Shown here: piece after piece, positions 1-12,675 of the stretch
Numbering within the stretch: position 1 is the first letter of the stretch
Layout: each line of letters starts with the position of its first letter
Assembly (NCBI GenBank): GCA_028023455.1
Contig: JAQFVV010000001.1
Coordinates: 2,604,001 to 2,668,000 of the forward strand
Origin: Epiperipatus broadwayi
Taxonomy: Eukaryota > Animalia > Onychophora
Length of the DNA stretch: 64,000 bases
Direction of reading: 5' to 3'
Position numbers and translations under genes: made by a program
Notes under the pieces: model-generated
What the model saw: the letters and a program-made list of their open reading frames with translations, nothing else
Database searches by the model: none
What the model was told of the DNA's origin: nothing

Positions 1-827
1 AATTGTCCATCTATTATCTCTTCTAGCAATATGTCCAGCCCAACTCCACTTCAGTCTTTTAATTTTTTCAATGAGGTCAGTAACACCAGTTTGTTCTCTT
101 ACCCATATATTGCATTTCAATTTCTTCTTGTTACTGTTAACATGCATCTCTCCATAGCTCTCTGAGTGGTCTGAAGTCTCTGTATTGCTCTTCTATTAAG
201 TGTCCAAGTCTCAGATCCATAAGTAAGAACTGGTAAAATGTTTATTAAAAACCTTCCTTTTCAAACACATAGGCATATTTCCTTTTAGTATCAAGTTATT
301 TCTACCAAAAGCACTCCAACCAAGTTTAATTCTATATTTCATCCATTATGTTTCCATCTGTATTAATAATCTGACCAAGGTATTTATAGCTGTTAACTTC
401 TTCTAACTCATCATAATCAATCTTTATTTTTATATTTTGAGAAAATCCATTAAACATTACTTTAGTCTTTTTAACATTTATCTTTAGTCCTACTTTCATC
501 TGATAACTCCTGCAACATTTCCTGAAGCTCTAAAGCATTATTTTCAAAAACAACTACATCATCTGCAAAATCTAAATGACTTAAATAATCTTTATTTGCT
601 TTCCCTTCTTTAGCTTTCTATTTTAATCCACAAAATATTTCTTGCAGCACTGTTTTAAAAAGTTTTGGATATATGGAGTCACTCTGTATTACACTCTTCT
701 CAATGTTGACTTTCCTAGTATCATTATGTAATCTAATTGTTGCTGTTGCATTTTTATAAATATTCTTTAAAATATGACAATATCCTGGATCTATACCTTG
801 ATGATCCAATGCTTTAATCACTGAAGA
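1..827 (-). mobile_element. RTE-clade LINE, 3' half of ORF2 (RT domains 4-7 and C-terminal region), decayed; continues off the left edge
   Basis: Minus-strand translation gives SSVIKALDHQGIDPGY..IYKNATATIRL, LDFADDVVVF, LTYGSETWTL and LKWSWAGHIARRDNRWT, all typical RTE RT/thumb motifs; stops and frameshifts present. Confidence 0.92.
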
Positions 828-829
828 GA

Positions 830-1823
830 CACAAAAATTATTAAGAAACCAATTTTTACAGTTGATATTTTTAATCTTCAGAAATCAGAAGTTACAAGTC
901 GGTTTCAAGTATTAGTAGATTTTGAACATGTGATTAAGATTTGAAAATAACTGATACACTTTTAAAAAATTGCAACAAAGATAACTAGTAGAAAAAAGCA
1001 GCAATTGACCAATAAAATTTCTAGTGAGACTTGAGAATTTATGAAGAAAAGAAGGAATATGAAGATATACAAAAATGATGCACTAAAAAGGATTGAATAA
1101 CTTGTATTTTGTAAAATGGTGAGGACAAGAGTTGAAAATGATATAAGAAAGTATAACTGTGAACTAGTAAGGAAAGCTATAGAAGAGAACAAAAGTCTCA
1201 AGAGTGTAAAACAACATTTTGGTATTGGTAGGAAATTTATATCTGCAATAAGAAAAAAAGATGGAATTATTACTAAAAAGAGAGATGACATCATGAAATA
1301 GGTATTTAGACTTTCACAAGTACCTCTTATATCTATTATAACTTCTGAATTGCCCAGAATTTTAAATGAAAAAGTGAGACATGCAATTAAATTTATGAAG
1401 AAAGGAAAGGCTCCAGGTAATGTTGGAATTATAATTGATATATAAAAAAAACGGATGAAGATATAGAATTTTGTTTAGCAAAGTTATATCCCAAATGTCT
1501 AAATGATAAAGTTGTATCAGATGATTGGAAGAATGCAGTATTAATATTAATATTTAAAAAAGGTGATATAGAAGATATTAGAAATTACAGACCTATCAGC
1601 CTTTTATCAGTTTTATACGAATTTTTTACCAAGATAATTACAACTCATCTACAGAGAACATTGGAATTCCACCAACGAAGAGAACAAGGTGAATTGGTTT
1701 TAGTACAATAGATCATATCCAGGTATTGAGAGAAGTTATAGAAAAGACAAATGAATATGAGTTGCCATTATGCTTTGCATTTGTAGATTATGAAAAGGCA
1801 TTTGACTCTATAAACAATTCTTC
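830..1823 (+). mobile_element. RTE-clade LINE, 5' part of ORF2 (linker plus RT domains 0-3), inverted relative to 1-827
   Basis: Plus-strand translation: KISSET*EFMKKRR, MKKGKAPG, WKNAVLILIFKKGDIEDIRNYRPISLLS, STIDHIQVLREVIEKTNEYELPLCFAFVDYEKAFDSINNSS. Confidence 0.92.
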
Positions 1824-2972
1824 GATGACCTATATATTATATTGGTCCAAACCTTTCTTCTATCTCAGTCTTACAAGTAAATGACCCATATACTTATCGA
1901 GCATGAAATGACATATATGCTAAAGTTGAAAGATTGATAATAAATCCTAGCAATACCCTGATTAAATACAAATAAATATGTACTAAATAATTATTAGAGG
2001 AGAGGTATTTAACCTTAAATAGGTCAATATAAACCCTCCCTTGTTAAATTAAACCCCCACCCATCCCATTTTAGCTATTATAATGGCCATCTTCATCCTT
2101 CCTTTACACACATTTGAGAGACTGAATTATTAGACACCCTTTGTGCACTACTCCTGGTTGAGAATATCTTCTCCCTTTTTTTCTCTCTGAGATAGTATGC
2201 AAATAAGGTTTGACCACTCTAATAATGATAATAAAGCATGTTTAAATACCAAGTGATGCCAATTTCACCCCCCGATAAGTTTATCGTATTCGCTAGCTCA
2301 GAAAATGGTTTCTTATTTCAGGTTATTTGGGTAAGCCTATCAACTATCTTTCTATAAGTTTAAACATAAATGTATTATACTAGAAACAGATTAAAAGTAT
2401 AAATAATATTTATTTTCCGCATTCTGTACACCAAATACTGGCTTGCATAATAGCAGCCTATATCATAAATTTATTTATTGAAATAACAATTTGATTAGGT
2501 TATAAATAAAGTAAAAGATCATTGCATAATGGGATTGATCTATACTTTCTCCCCACTTTATAAGCACTGTGTAATCAATATAAAATAACAAATAATTTTT
2601 TTATGAATGCATCTAACATTTATTTTTCTTTTTTTTTTGTTTGGTTACATTTGTTTTAATAAACATTGCCTAGGTCATCATTATTCTGAATGTATAACAA
2701 TAATATTTAAATGACATGGGTATTACGACACTCAATGTGGGGTGTCACCTCCATGATTAGAAATCAATAAATTAAATGGATTTTGCACATCGCAGATCAA
2801 TATTAGATGAATTACGTAAAGCTCTAAAATGTTATCATATCAAAAGTTATTAAAGTAAGTAATTAGTAGGAATAATGTATGCATAGATAGAATAAATATA
2901 TATTATATAACATGAAATAGATAATACACTCAAAATTATAAAATGTATAAGAAAAAATAGATATACACTCAT

Positions 2973-3143
2973 CTTGGCTTCTTGGCTTTCTCCAAGTTGA
3001 ACTTCTAGGTGGAGCACATGACCATGAAACAGGGCTGCAAGGGCTTCATTGTCTATATACACATATTGTCCAATTCTGCAATTGGGTATACTGGATCATT
3101 CACATCTTGGTGGTGAGGATATGAACAGCGCAGGTGCACTAAC
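2973..3143 (-). pseudogene. Possible decayed coding exon of an unidentified gene or spliced TE
   Basis: GC-richer island with acceptor tttcccag|G and a dead donor AAG|ATGAGT; reads LVHLRCSYPHHQDVNDPVYPIAELDNM then, after a 2-nt slip, YIDNEALAALFHGHVLHLEVQLGESQEAK. Family not recognised. Confidence 0.25.
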
Positions 3144-4429
3144 CTGGGAAATCTATTGTATATCCATTAGGTCAAATAAATAAGCCATTAGTACCATCTT
3201 TCACATGTTCCTTTCAAAAAAACATTCTAATTAAAACTTGCCAATCTCATTGGTTCTTTACGGCAAACTTCTCATTTAAGACATGGGTTTTTTTCAAATT
3301 CCTTTTAACTGAAAATTAATTATTGTACACTATATAGTTGCTATTCATAATTCCAATAATTCTCTCTAACTTATAGGTGAGTCTTTAAGTTAATTCTGGC
3401 TTAACTTTTAGCATTGGCTTATTTCCATGCAGGTTACTAGCTGGAATTTTTTTAAAAATAACTCTCATCACCCTTCTCCTTCTTGTTACCTTAATGGCCT
3501 TTATTCGTTACTGCTTGTATAAATGATTTTTAATAATCATGCTGTTTTTTCTACTGTCTGTCAGTAACAGCAAAAATACAAATACCCAGAATGGAATTTA
3601 AGTAGGCAACTCACCTATTCCAAGCTGGACATGAAGGTACTACTGTCAAATATATATGTGTAACATCACATAGACAAATCAGCATAAAAAAATAAAAAAA
3701 TAACAGATATGATTGAATACAGCATGAAAACTGAATAAAGACAGCAAAACAGAATAAGACAGAATAATTCCCAGCACCTGGTAGGTAGCTTATATAGTCT
3801 TCCTATTAGCCATGATTTTATAAACCCCCCTACAAAGTATTACAATATCTAACAAAATTGCTCATTTTAATTTTTGTACATTCCTTTATAATTTTTTTTT
3901 TTAAATTATTTTGGACAATTAACAGAGTTTCATCTTGGAGTAATTAGACCCATTTACTTACATTCTTTAGATAAAATCTTTCATTTCAATTTTATTTTTA
4001 CAAATTAAATTAAAAGAAACCTTTCCAAATATAATTATATAAGTATAAAACAATGGTTAATTAGATAGAAATCCATTACTATAATGGATTAAAAAAAATT
4101 GCCCATTCTTTCTAAAAAAAAGAGAACTTGACATTATTTTTTTTAAAAAAAAAAAAATTTCTACAAGTAATATATAAGCAAATCTTTATATACATATGTT
4201 GGAACATTTATAAATAAGAATATAATAATAAATAATAAAAAAAATGTTTCAAATGTAAAGAAATGTTTATTCCCTTTTGTTCTTCTCTTTTTTTTATACA
4301 TGTATAAATATCAATTACAAATTAATAATAATTATATCCAATATATATGAATTTAGAGTATACGTGAATGTATTTTCAATAATCTCAAGCATTCGTAGTG
4401 TATGTGTGTGGACAGGAATATAGCATAGA

Positions 4430-7040
4430 CAAACTAAAGGTCAGCTGTGCCACATCTTTGGCTATAGCCATCTTGTGTATCATTGCCCTCCATTCATCTC
4501 TGTCTTCCTGAATCCTGTAATATAACACCTTCTTCTCGATCTTATACCTGTTCTGCTTCTCTTCATGACCTCCATCTCCTTAAATTGCTTCTGGCACTCT
4601 GTCAAAATGAAGTTCAGCTGACTATCTTCTTACTGCTTCTTTGCCAGTTGATTTAGTTCCCTTTCCATAACTTTATTCTTTTCCTTTGCCATACTTGATA
4701 TGTATGCCTGATCCAGATATAGGCATTGGGGGGTTTGCATTGGAACTGGATGATGACTGAGAATATCAGCAACCACATTTTCTGCCTCTGCAATATTTCA
4801 CAGTGTAGTTGAATTCTTGAAGGAACAAACTCCACTTGACCAATCTGCTGTTAGTAAGATAACTGTGGTTGATGAATTCCAAACTTTTATGATCAGTGAT
4901 CACCACTTCTTGAGAACCTAGTAACATGGGGTGAAACTTTGGAAATGCCCATATGATTGTGAGGTCCTCTTTTTCGATAGTTATATAACTATGTTCGGGC
5001 CCCTTTAGTAAGAAGCTTATGAAATGTAACACTCCTATATTTCCATCGGGTTGAATTTGGGATAAGGTAACCCCCATCCATACCCACTGTTGTCCATTTG
5101 GAGTAAGAAGGGCTTGCTAAAATCTGGGTATGCCAACACCATCTGCTTTACAAAACTCCTTTTTACTTGGTTAAAAGCTTCTTCTTGATCAGTGGTCCAT
5201 TTTTCTCGAACTTCCTTTCTGAATAGTCTAAGTAATGGTTCCATTTGGCCCACAAAGTTTTCACAAAATATATTATAAAAATTGCAGAGCCCAAGAATGA
5301 ATGGATCTGCTTCTTTGTTTGAGGTCTAGGGAAGTTAGTAATAACCATTATTTTATTTGGATGGGGATTAATAACTGATGGTCCCACCAAGTGGTTTAGA
5401 AATTCAATTTCTTCTGAAAGCTAATTCGCTCTTTTTAAGATTAATCTTTATATTCTTTTTTTTACATTACCCAAAAAACAACTTTAATTGTTGAAGGTGT
5501 TTTTCCATGGATGTCAAGGCTATGACTACATCATCCATATGATCTTTTTGATGTCAGGGGATAGGACCTGGTCTAGGCTCTGCAACAGTCCTGCACCACT
5601 GTTGATGAGTCCAATAGGCATGTGGTTGAATTTACAAATACCCCTTGTACCTGAAGGCCATGTACTGGCAGTCATTAGGATGCAGTTCTATCTGCCAGTA
5701 ACTTGAAGTTAAATCAAACATGGAAAAAATAGTCTTTCCTTTAAATTTTCCTAGTAATTCTTGTATTGGCAGAGGGATTGTACAATCTGGTATGGTCACC
5801 GTGTTGAGCTGCCGAGCATCCAAACGTACTGACCTGTCTTTTTTCACTACTACTAAAGGATTGCAATATGGTGATGAACATTTACTAATTATACCCATTT
5901 CCAACATTTGCTCCAGTTGTTTTTCCACTTCCTTTTTAAATTGGTTAGGAATCAGGTATGAGCACACTTGAAATGCTTCTCCAGGCTTTAGTCTAATCCA
6001 CTGTTTGTATCCTTTGATTTTTCCAGTTTTATCAAAAAATATTGTGTGGTAATCTTGAAATATTTCTTTGATTCTTTCACCATTTTCATTTGAAGCTAAA
6101 ATCATCTCATTGGTTTTTTCTTCCATCATATCTAGAATAGATTGGTTTATTCAGCAAGTTTCCCCCAAGCTAGGTAAAGGGTGGGGTAAAAATTTAATAT
6201 CTCACCTTTGGCTACTCACAAGATCCTTTTCATAATTAAGTGCGCATTTGTTTTTATCCAAAAAATCAGCCTAATATGACCTCATGGATGAGATTACTTA
6301 TGATCTAGAATACATGAAAGATTCTCTTCCCATCCATGTCCAACTCAAACTATATTTGTTTAGACACAAGTTTTACTTTTCAGTTTTTTGGATGGGTTAT
6401 TTGTGTAGCATTTAAGGGTAGATTTCTATTTGAGGGTTCATCAATATGATCCTCTGGTATAACTCCTCTGCTATTATTGATATCTGACTACTTGAGTCCA
6501 ACAACACTATCACCTCCATCTCCTCAATTCCTAATTGTATTTTTGGACAACTCTGCAGCATGTATTCTGGTACTCTGTCTTACCAAGAAGAGACCAAATT
6601 GGACATTTCTTTATCAGAGAACTATTTGATAGGCCCTCCCTTTGCATTTTGGTTCTCTGCATTATCTTTAATGTTCTCTTGCATCTTGCCCACATAATCT
6701 TCTTGTTGTTTCCCATCTACAGTGTTTAACAGGTCAGCTACCTGGTTGAATGACTTTGTGCCTACTATCATCAGCATCTGCAAAATCTGATAGGGTAAAT
6801 TCTGACAGATAATCCTAATAATTTGGTCCTCAGATGTGTGACATGCCTTTAAATTTTTTAATTTGGCTGCTTGCCTAAAGAAAAATTGTGAATAATTTTC
6901 ATTACTATTGTGTCTATATTTCTCCTGCATGATTTGATACAGGATGGTTTCCTGTTGCTCTGCACTCCAGAAGTTTCTAATCACTGTGTCTTTATATTCT
7001 TGGAAGGCTTGAAGTTGGTGAAACAAAGACTCCCACCAAG
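4430..7040 (-). mobile_element. Ty3/gypsy LTR retrotransposon internal fragment A (gag-PR-RT-RNase H-start of integrase), truncated, no LTRs seen
   Basis: gag ORF 6622-7026 (NFWSAEQQ..QEKY); protease VIVLLDSSSQISII ~6475-6525; RT SPYCNPLVVVKKDRSVRLDARQLN, FSMFDLTSSYWQI, MPIGL, HMDD at 5530-5541; RNase H YPDFSKPFLLQMDNSGYG, VVITDHKSL, KWSLFLQEFNY. Confidence 0.95.
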
Positions 7041-7153
7041 CTAGTGCATGAATACGATATATGCTGTTACATTATTTTAAAATTAAAATAAAGGGGAAAA
7101 TAAATCTTAAGTAAAAATGATTTTATTAAAAACTAAAAGCCAAAAATTAAAAG

Positions 7154-7154
<1 letters not shown>

Positions 7155-7208
<54 letters not shown>

Positions 7209-7251
7209 ATCTATGCATATATATATATATATATATATATTGCATAGATGG
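7155..7251. repeat. (TA)n microsatellite followed by a palindrome CCATCTATGCA-(TA)n-TGCATAGATGG
   Basis: Direct reading; 11-bp arms at 7207-7217 and 7241-7251. Confidence 0.9.
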
Positions 7252-9368
7252 AAAACTTTAAAAGTATTAAAAAAAGTATTTTTTTATAAAAAAAAATATA
7301 GATGTAACAATAGATATATATTTTTGTTAAAATAGGTATAAAGAAAAATAGAAATAAATGTTAATGAATTTCTATTTTAAGAATTGTATTGTAATCTTAG
7401 AAAATGGAAATAATTTCTGTTTAAAGCAAACTAGCCCTTGGGACACTCAAATAATAAAGGTCAGATAAGAGAATGAAAATAAAGATTAACCAATGGAAGC
7501 ACCAAGTCACAGCATGGACCAAAGAAGAGACCTTAGGATTTTTGACATCTTGTTCAATGAATCCAAAAATTTACTGATAAGGGAGGTCTAACCCTACAAA
7601 AAGAAAAAAATAAGTTGTCGCAAGAAGCTGATTATTAATATACATATGAACTGTAGCTGTATTGCAGACTCCGTGATGCAGGAGTCTGCAATAGATTTAA
7701 TTTCCTGACAATCAGCTGAGGCCTCTTGATAACAGTTCTTTACCAAATGAATGGCAAGTAGTGGCTTCATTTCAAAGGAGAACAAACAATTTACAAAAGT
7801 GATCATGAAGATGGATCTCTAAATCTGTTAGAATCCATAAAGTATGAACTCTTGTGTTTATCTAATATAAACTTTTTCCAAATTTGCAATTAGTAACTGA
7901 AAATAAGAACTCCTACCTGACCTAAAAAAAGGAAAATTCTAAAGCAATTATTAATAATTTTTTATGCATATGTTTAATTACTCATTACCATTTCTTTTTT
8001 TTTGTTATGTGTTAATTAAAATGTATTAAATTTAAAGTGGAGTGTAAATAGCTGCATAGATTAGTTTAAGTTTGTTAGTTTTAAGGGGGTTTAATTTCAG
8101 ACTATCTCGTAGTTGAGTCAATGCTAGTAGAGAGATATATGGGTGTTTATATCAATGTAATGTGAAATGTGTTAGCATACAGTGCAATGTGACCAACTGA
8201 ATGCATGACCCCAAAGAGGTAGTCATTGCATTGCAATAGATGCAGACATTTCATGAAACATTGACCCCTTTAGCTCTATGGATAGGGACTATAAGTCAGC
8301 AAATAGACTGACCTCCCCTATACATAGCATTTCTCTTAAATATATACATGATACCTTCACCAGACAGACACACATTCCTGTACTGGATCATGTCCTACAA
8401 ATAATATCATACTGTAGATACACATTTTTGACAGCGTGTTTTATGCTAGCATCTTCATATTGCATTGGTTGTGTCTGTATATCTGGAAACAAGCATTGGG
8501 ATGGCTATAAACTTTTAGTCTGAGGTTGGATGATTGTTTTTGAAAAGTTTTTTTTAACTGAGTAATCTATGTAGCCTATTTATACTCAACATTATAAAAA
8601 AAACGTATAAAAGTGTCAATCTGTGCAGACTTTCTAAAATAATAATTTAAATTTAAAAATAATAACAAATTTAAGATTAAGTTATTCCTCAATTTTAAAT
8701 GTTATACATGCGTCAATGGTTTTTTTTGTGTGTGTGTGTTATTACTGGCGGTGGCTTATTTTATTTCTTTTTAATATTAAAATTATATTTAAAAATGTAA
8801 ATCTTTTTTTTATTAAAATGTTTTAAATAAGCATTTATTATAAATCTGTGTGTCTCCTTGAGCTAGTGGCATGGGCTAACAGTCAATAATAAAATAAAAT
8901 TGGATTCTAACAGTATCGGCCTACTATATAAATATTCCAAGTTCACATGGCCTGGTGGAGCCCTGTACAGCAGATACAGTAGGACTCAATTACACCCTGA
9001 GCATTATATATATATATATATATATTGAGTGTTATGGTGATCGTCAATTTGCTATGCTCACAGCTGGTTCATTCAGAGATTAAACTTGAAAAATTTTCTT
9101 GTTTGTGTAAGGATTAAGCCTTTTTTCCTCAGATATCTGGACCAGAGCTTACACAAATAATTATCATAAAATAATGTCAGATAATATTTAGCCATTCTAA
9201 CTAGGCAGTAAACAAGAAAGGGAAAATACTCAATCTTTCATCCACCCATAAGTTGTTGTTTCTGTTTTGTAATGCCTTTTTCTTCACTGATTTTCTGTAG
9301 GAGGGTTGTATTTTAACTTTATATATAGTTAAAGAAGATTAAGAAATTAATTGAAAGTACTGTGAATT

Positions 9369-9478
9369 AGGTCCCTACTATCGCATTTTATACCCATATT
9401 ATCGAGGTTATAGCCTCAGTAAATATTACTTACGTAATCAATGTGCGTTTAATAAATGTATAATTATAATTATTTATA
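9369..9478 (+). repeat. Dispersed ~110-bp repeat, copy 1 (AGGTCCCTACTATCGCATTTTA...)
   Basis: Aligns along its length with 14817-14922; a partial copy of the 3' part lies at ~14535-14580. Confidence 0.8.
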
Positions 9479-10949
9479 AAATATATAATCACTATTACAA
9501 TTTATTATTTATGTATATGCACACTAAGAATAACTATAAAAATATTGTTTCTTTTCAAAATGAGTTAATTATTGCTTATTTACTATGTATATGTTGCATA
9601 AATAATTTAATGTCAGTTTATTTCATTTTTCACAATTCATATTTCACTTTAGCGCAAATACAATCAACATCTTATTTGAGTTTGTCTCTTACAAGAAAAT
9701 TTTAAAGTGATTGTATGTTTTATATCTTAGTACAGTGACATGAAACAAAGACTTATTAAGCAAATAAACAATACAAAGGAGACATTATTTCACTAAATTA
9801 TGATTTTTACAACTAATGCAAATGGCAGACATTTTTATTATGCAAAGCTTAGTTTCAATTCCTTTTTTTATCTGACTGGGAAAGTATCTTATATGTAAAA
9901 TCTCTAAATGTTTGTCTATAATGCTCATTTCACAACCAATTAAAAAAAATGGTATTACATTTGTCTGTAAAGCTGTCAAATTCACAATTGAAAAAAAAAA
10001 AAATAAAATTTGTTTTTATAAATAAATAACTATACCTAACTAAATCATAATTTATATTAATATTATGAGAATTTTATGCAAAGAAAGTAATTTCACCATT
10101 AATAAATATAATTTTTTTACAAAGCCGTTGTCCATAGTACTGTCAAATTTATATATGATGTATTTAAATTTTTTATTTTTTTAGCTTCATTAATACCTCG
10201 CCAGTTACATTTCTGAAGTTTTATCAAACAAGTTGTGTTGTTCCAAACATTTTTTTTTCAATTTTTCATTTGTGAATTTTTCACATTTATTTATATTTGT
10301 TTAATTTACATTAAATCTTAAAAAAAAAGCAAGCAATTAAAAAAAGTGATGGCCTTTAGAAAACCAGATACATCTGGTTATACAATATATTTTAAAAAAT
10401 TCTTATACTATAATAATTTTAGCTATACACCATAAATGCAATCTTAATAGCTGATGTAATAAAAAAATTTTGAAACAAACTCACAATAAAAGAAATAAAA
10501 ATATAAATGATTAACATGGAACATTAAATTGATTAATGCTATAGGATTTAAAAGTCAATGCTACAACATGCACTACTGAATAATATAGCACCCATAACCA
10601 TAACAAAAGTGCTTTTAATGACTACATTGAATATGATGTTTCCAGTCATAGATGAGGTGTAACTAGAAATTCATCATTGCTTTAGTGAACCAAGAAACAA
10701 TTTTTATTTTACATGCAAATGTAAGAAAAATGCTCAGAGAAAAGGTTTGATTTATGATTGCATTTATTAATTTCATCAATGTATTTGACTGCTAATTGAA
10801 GTTGATGACAATATTTAAAATCTGATTGAAAGTTTATTTATATATAACTACTACACAGTAATATGAGAGGAAGGTGGTAGAAAATCTGAGCTATTTGAAA
10901 TGAAAATTATGATAAAAAAGGATATTAAATTTAAATTTATTTTTAATTC

Positions 10950-11450
10950 AATGCAAGTGTTGAAACACTTTCAATTGTCTTATAAAGAATAATTACTATA
11001 GTTTTGATACAGGTATTTTTAATTTAAACCAATTAAAAGCAAAAACTATGAACTTCAGTTTTTTAGCCATTCATACATTGATCAATGAGCTATTTTTGAT
11101 AAGTCAGAAGAGAATATAACAAATATTCTTAATGTTTTGAATATTATCTATGAAAAATTCTGTTTAGTAGTTGATAATTTAAGAAAATGAGTTCTATTAT
11201 CCAGTGTCAGAAGGAAATCTTCCACAATTTTTAACATTTGTAATTATTATTTTTGAAATATTGATCACTTTAAATATTTTAATTGCTTTTATATAAAAAG
11301 GCAGACCTGGGTGTTGAGATTCAGACTAGATTTTAATGTGGTGGTATTTTATTATAGTAGGTATGGCTATTTCAGCTAAATTAGTTGTTTGTAGATCTAT
11401 TAATCTGATAAATTTATTATATAGAAATGAAATTTGAATCCACTATCAGT
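10950..11450 (+). mobile_element. Very decayed Penelope-like RT relic
   Basis: NNYYSFDTGIF..Q.K..TM, then SYIDQ*AIFDKSEENITNILNVLNIIYEK (compare RYVDDIFAIF...LNS.H) and GNLPQF. Confidence 0.35.
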
Positions 11451-11659
11451 GTAGCATAAAGATATTGGAAAGTTTTCACTTAAAGATATTCCACAAATAA
11501 GATTCCAGGATCATAAGACCAGTTAATATATGTATTTTTCACTTTACTCTGGATGCATTAGTATTGACTTTAGTTGTAGGGTCACATTTTCATTGGATTG
11601 AGAATGTGAAGTCAATGGGAAAAATAATAGATTTGCAAAAAAATATTTTATCAGTAAGT

Positions 11660-11748
11660 TTTTTTAATGCGTCAAAGCATCGGCCGGGAAGTAAACCCTG
11701 GGACAACTGCTTGTAAGGCAACTGTGCTAACCACTCAGCCACCAACGC
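11660..11748 (-). mobile_element. tRNA-Gly(TCC)-derived retrocopy or short SINE with A tail and 7-bp TSD
   Basis: Minus strand 11748-11677 reads GCGTTGGTGGCTGAGTGGTTAGCACAGTTGCCTTACAAGCAGTTGTCCCAGGGTTTACTTCCCGGCCGATGC, closely resembling metazoan tRNA-Gly-TCC; anticodon now TAC and B box damaged; tail TTTGACGCATTAAAAAA; AGTAAGT duplicated at 11653-11659 and 11749-11755. Confidence 0.85.
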
Positions 11749-12675
11749 AGTAAGTAGAGCATGATTTTTTGTGAAAGCAGATCTCATTTACATTTTATAA
11801 AAATGTATTATTGATTGCTTTTATTGGAAAGATAGGGATGTGAATGGATGGCAATGAAGAATCATAAGTAAGACCTGAAGTTGTTCATAAAGAAAAGTCT
11901 GCTTCCCAAATTAAAAGACAACATTACCAGATATCACTTAAATGGATTAAAAACTTGGCAGCATATATGTAATCTTATTTGTGCTTCACAGGTTGATTTA
12001 AATAATTCTTATAAATTCATATTTAAGGTATTGTATTTTTTTTTATTTTAATTTTGTTTCTGGAAATAGGATGATCATGTTATAAATGGTGGATAATGTG
12101 TTCTAACTATAGATATTTATATCGTTCTATTTAAATGTTTTAATATTAAAAATTCCCTGGGCAATATAGCAATGAGAATATCTAAGACAAGAGCTAAACC
12201 TTTTATATTGATTTTCAGTTGAAAAATCACATCATAGTTGATCCATTCCTTGTTTACAGCCTGTTTCTTTGTTGACCAAATATTTCTTAATCCCCCAAGC
12301 AAGTACCCATTTCATTACTTTTTTATTTTACTGAAAGTTATATTATTAAAACAGTGTAGGAATAATTTCAAGAGAGAATTTCATTGATTAAAAAGCTATT
12401 TATGAAGTCTTTATTTGATTTTTTTTTGTAATATTGTTTGTGTAGACTTGAAATGTAAACAATTATAAAGAAAAAAATTAATTGCTATTTAAGAATTGAA
12501 AAAAAAAAGCCCATTTTTAGAACAATAAAATGCTGCAAAAAAGTGAAACCTTTGTTATTTTAGCAAAGTAAATATAGGGGATTTGAACTCAGACTTTCAA
12601 GCACCCTTCAACTATCCACACTATCTCATACCACTGATACACATATCCACACACATGCAGAAAAGATAAATAATC

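Noticed and set aside
7117-7335. ORFs containing (IY)n here and at 41058-41379
   Set aside because: Read-through of (TA)n tracts.
8140-8530. Cys-rich frames suggesting a PLE zinc linker or GIY-YIG
   Set aside because: Motifs needed several frameshifts and substitutions; insufficient support.
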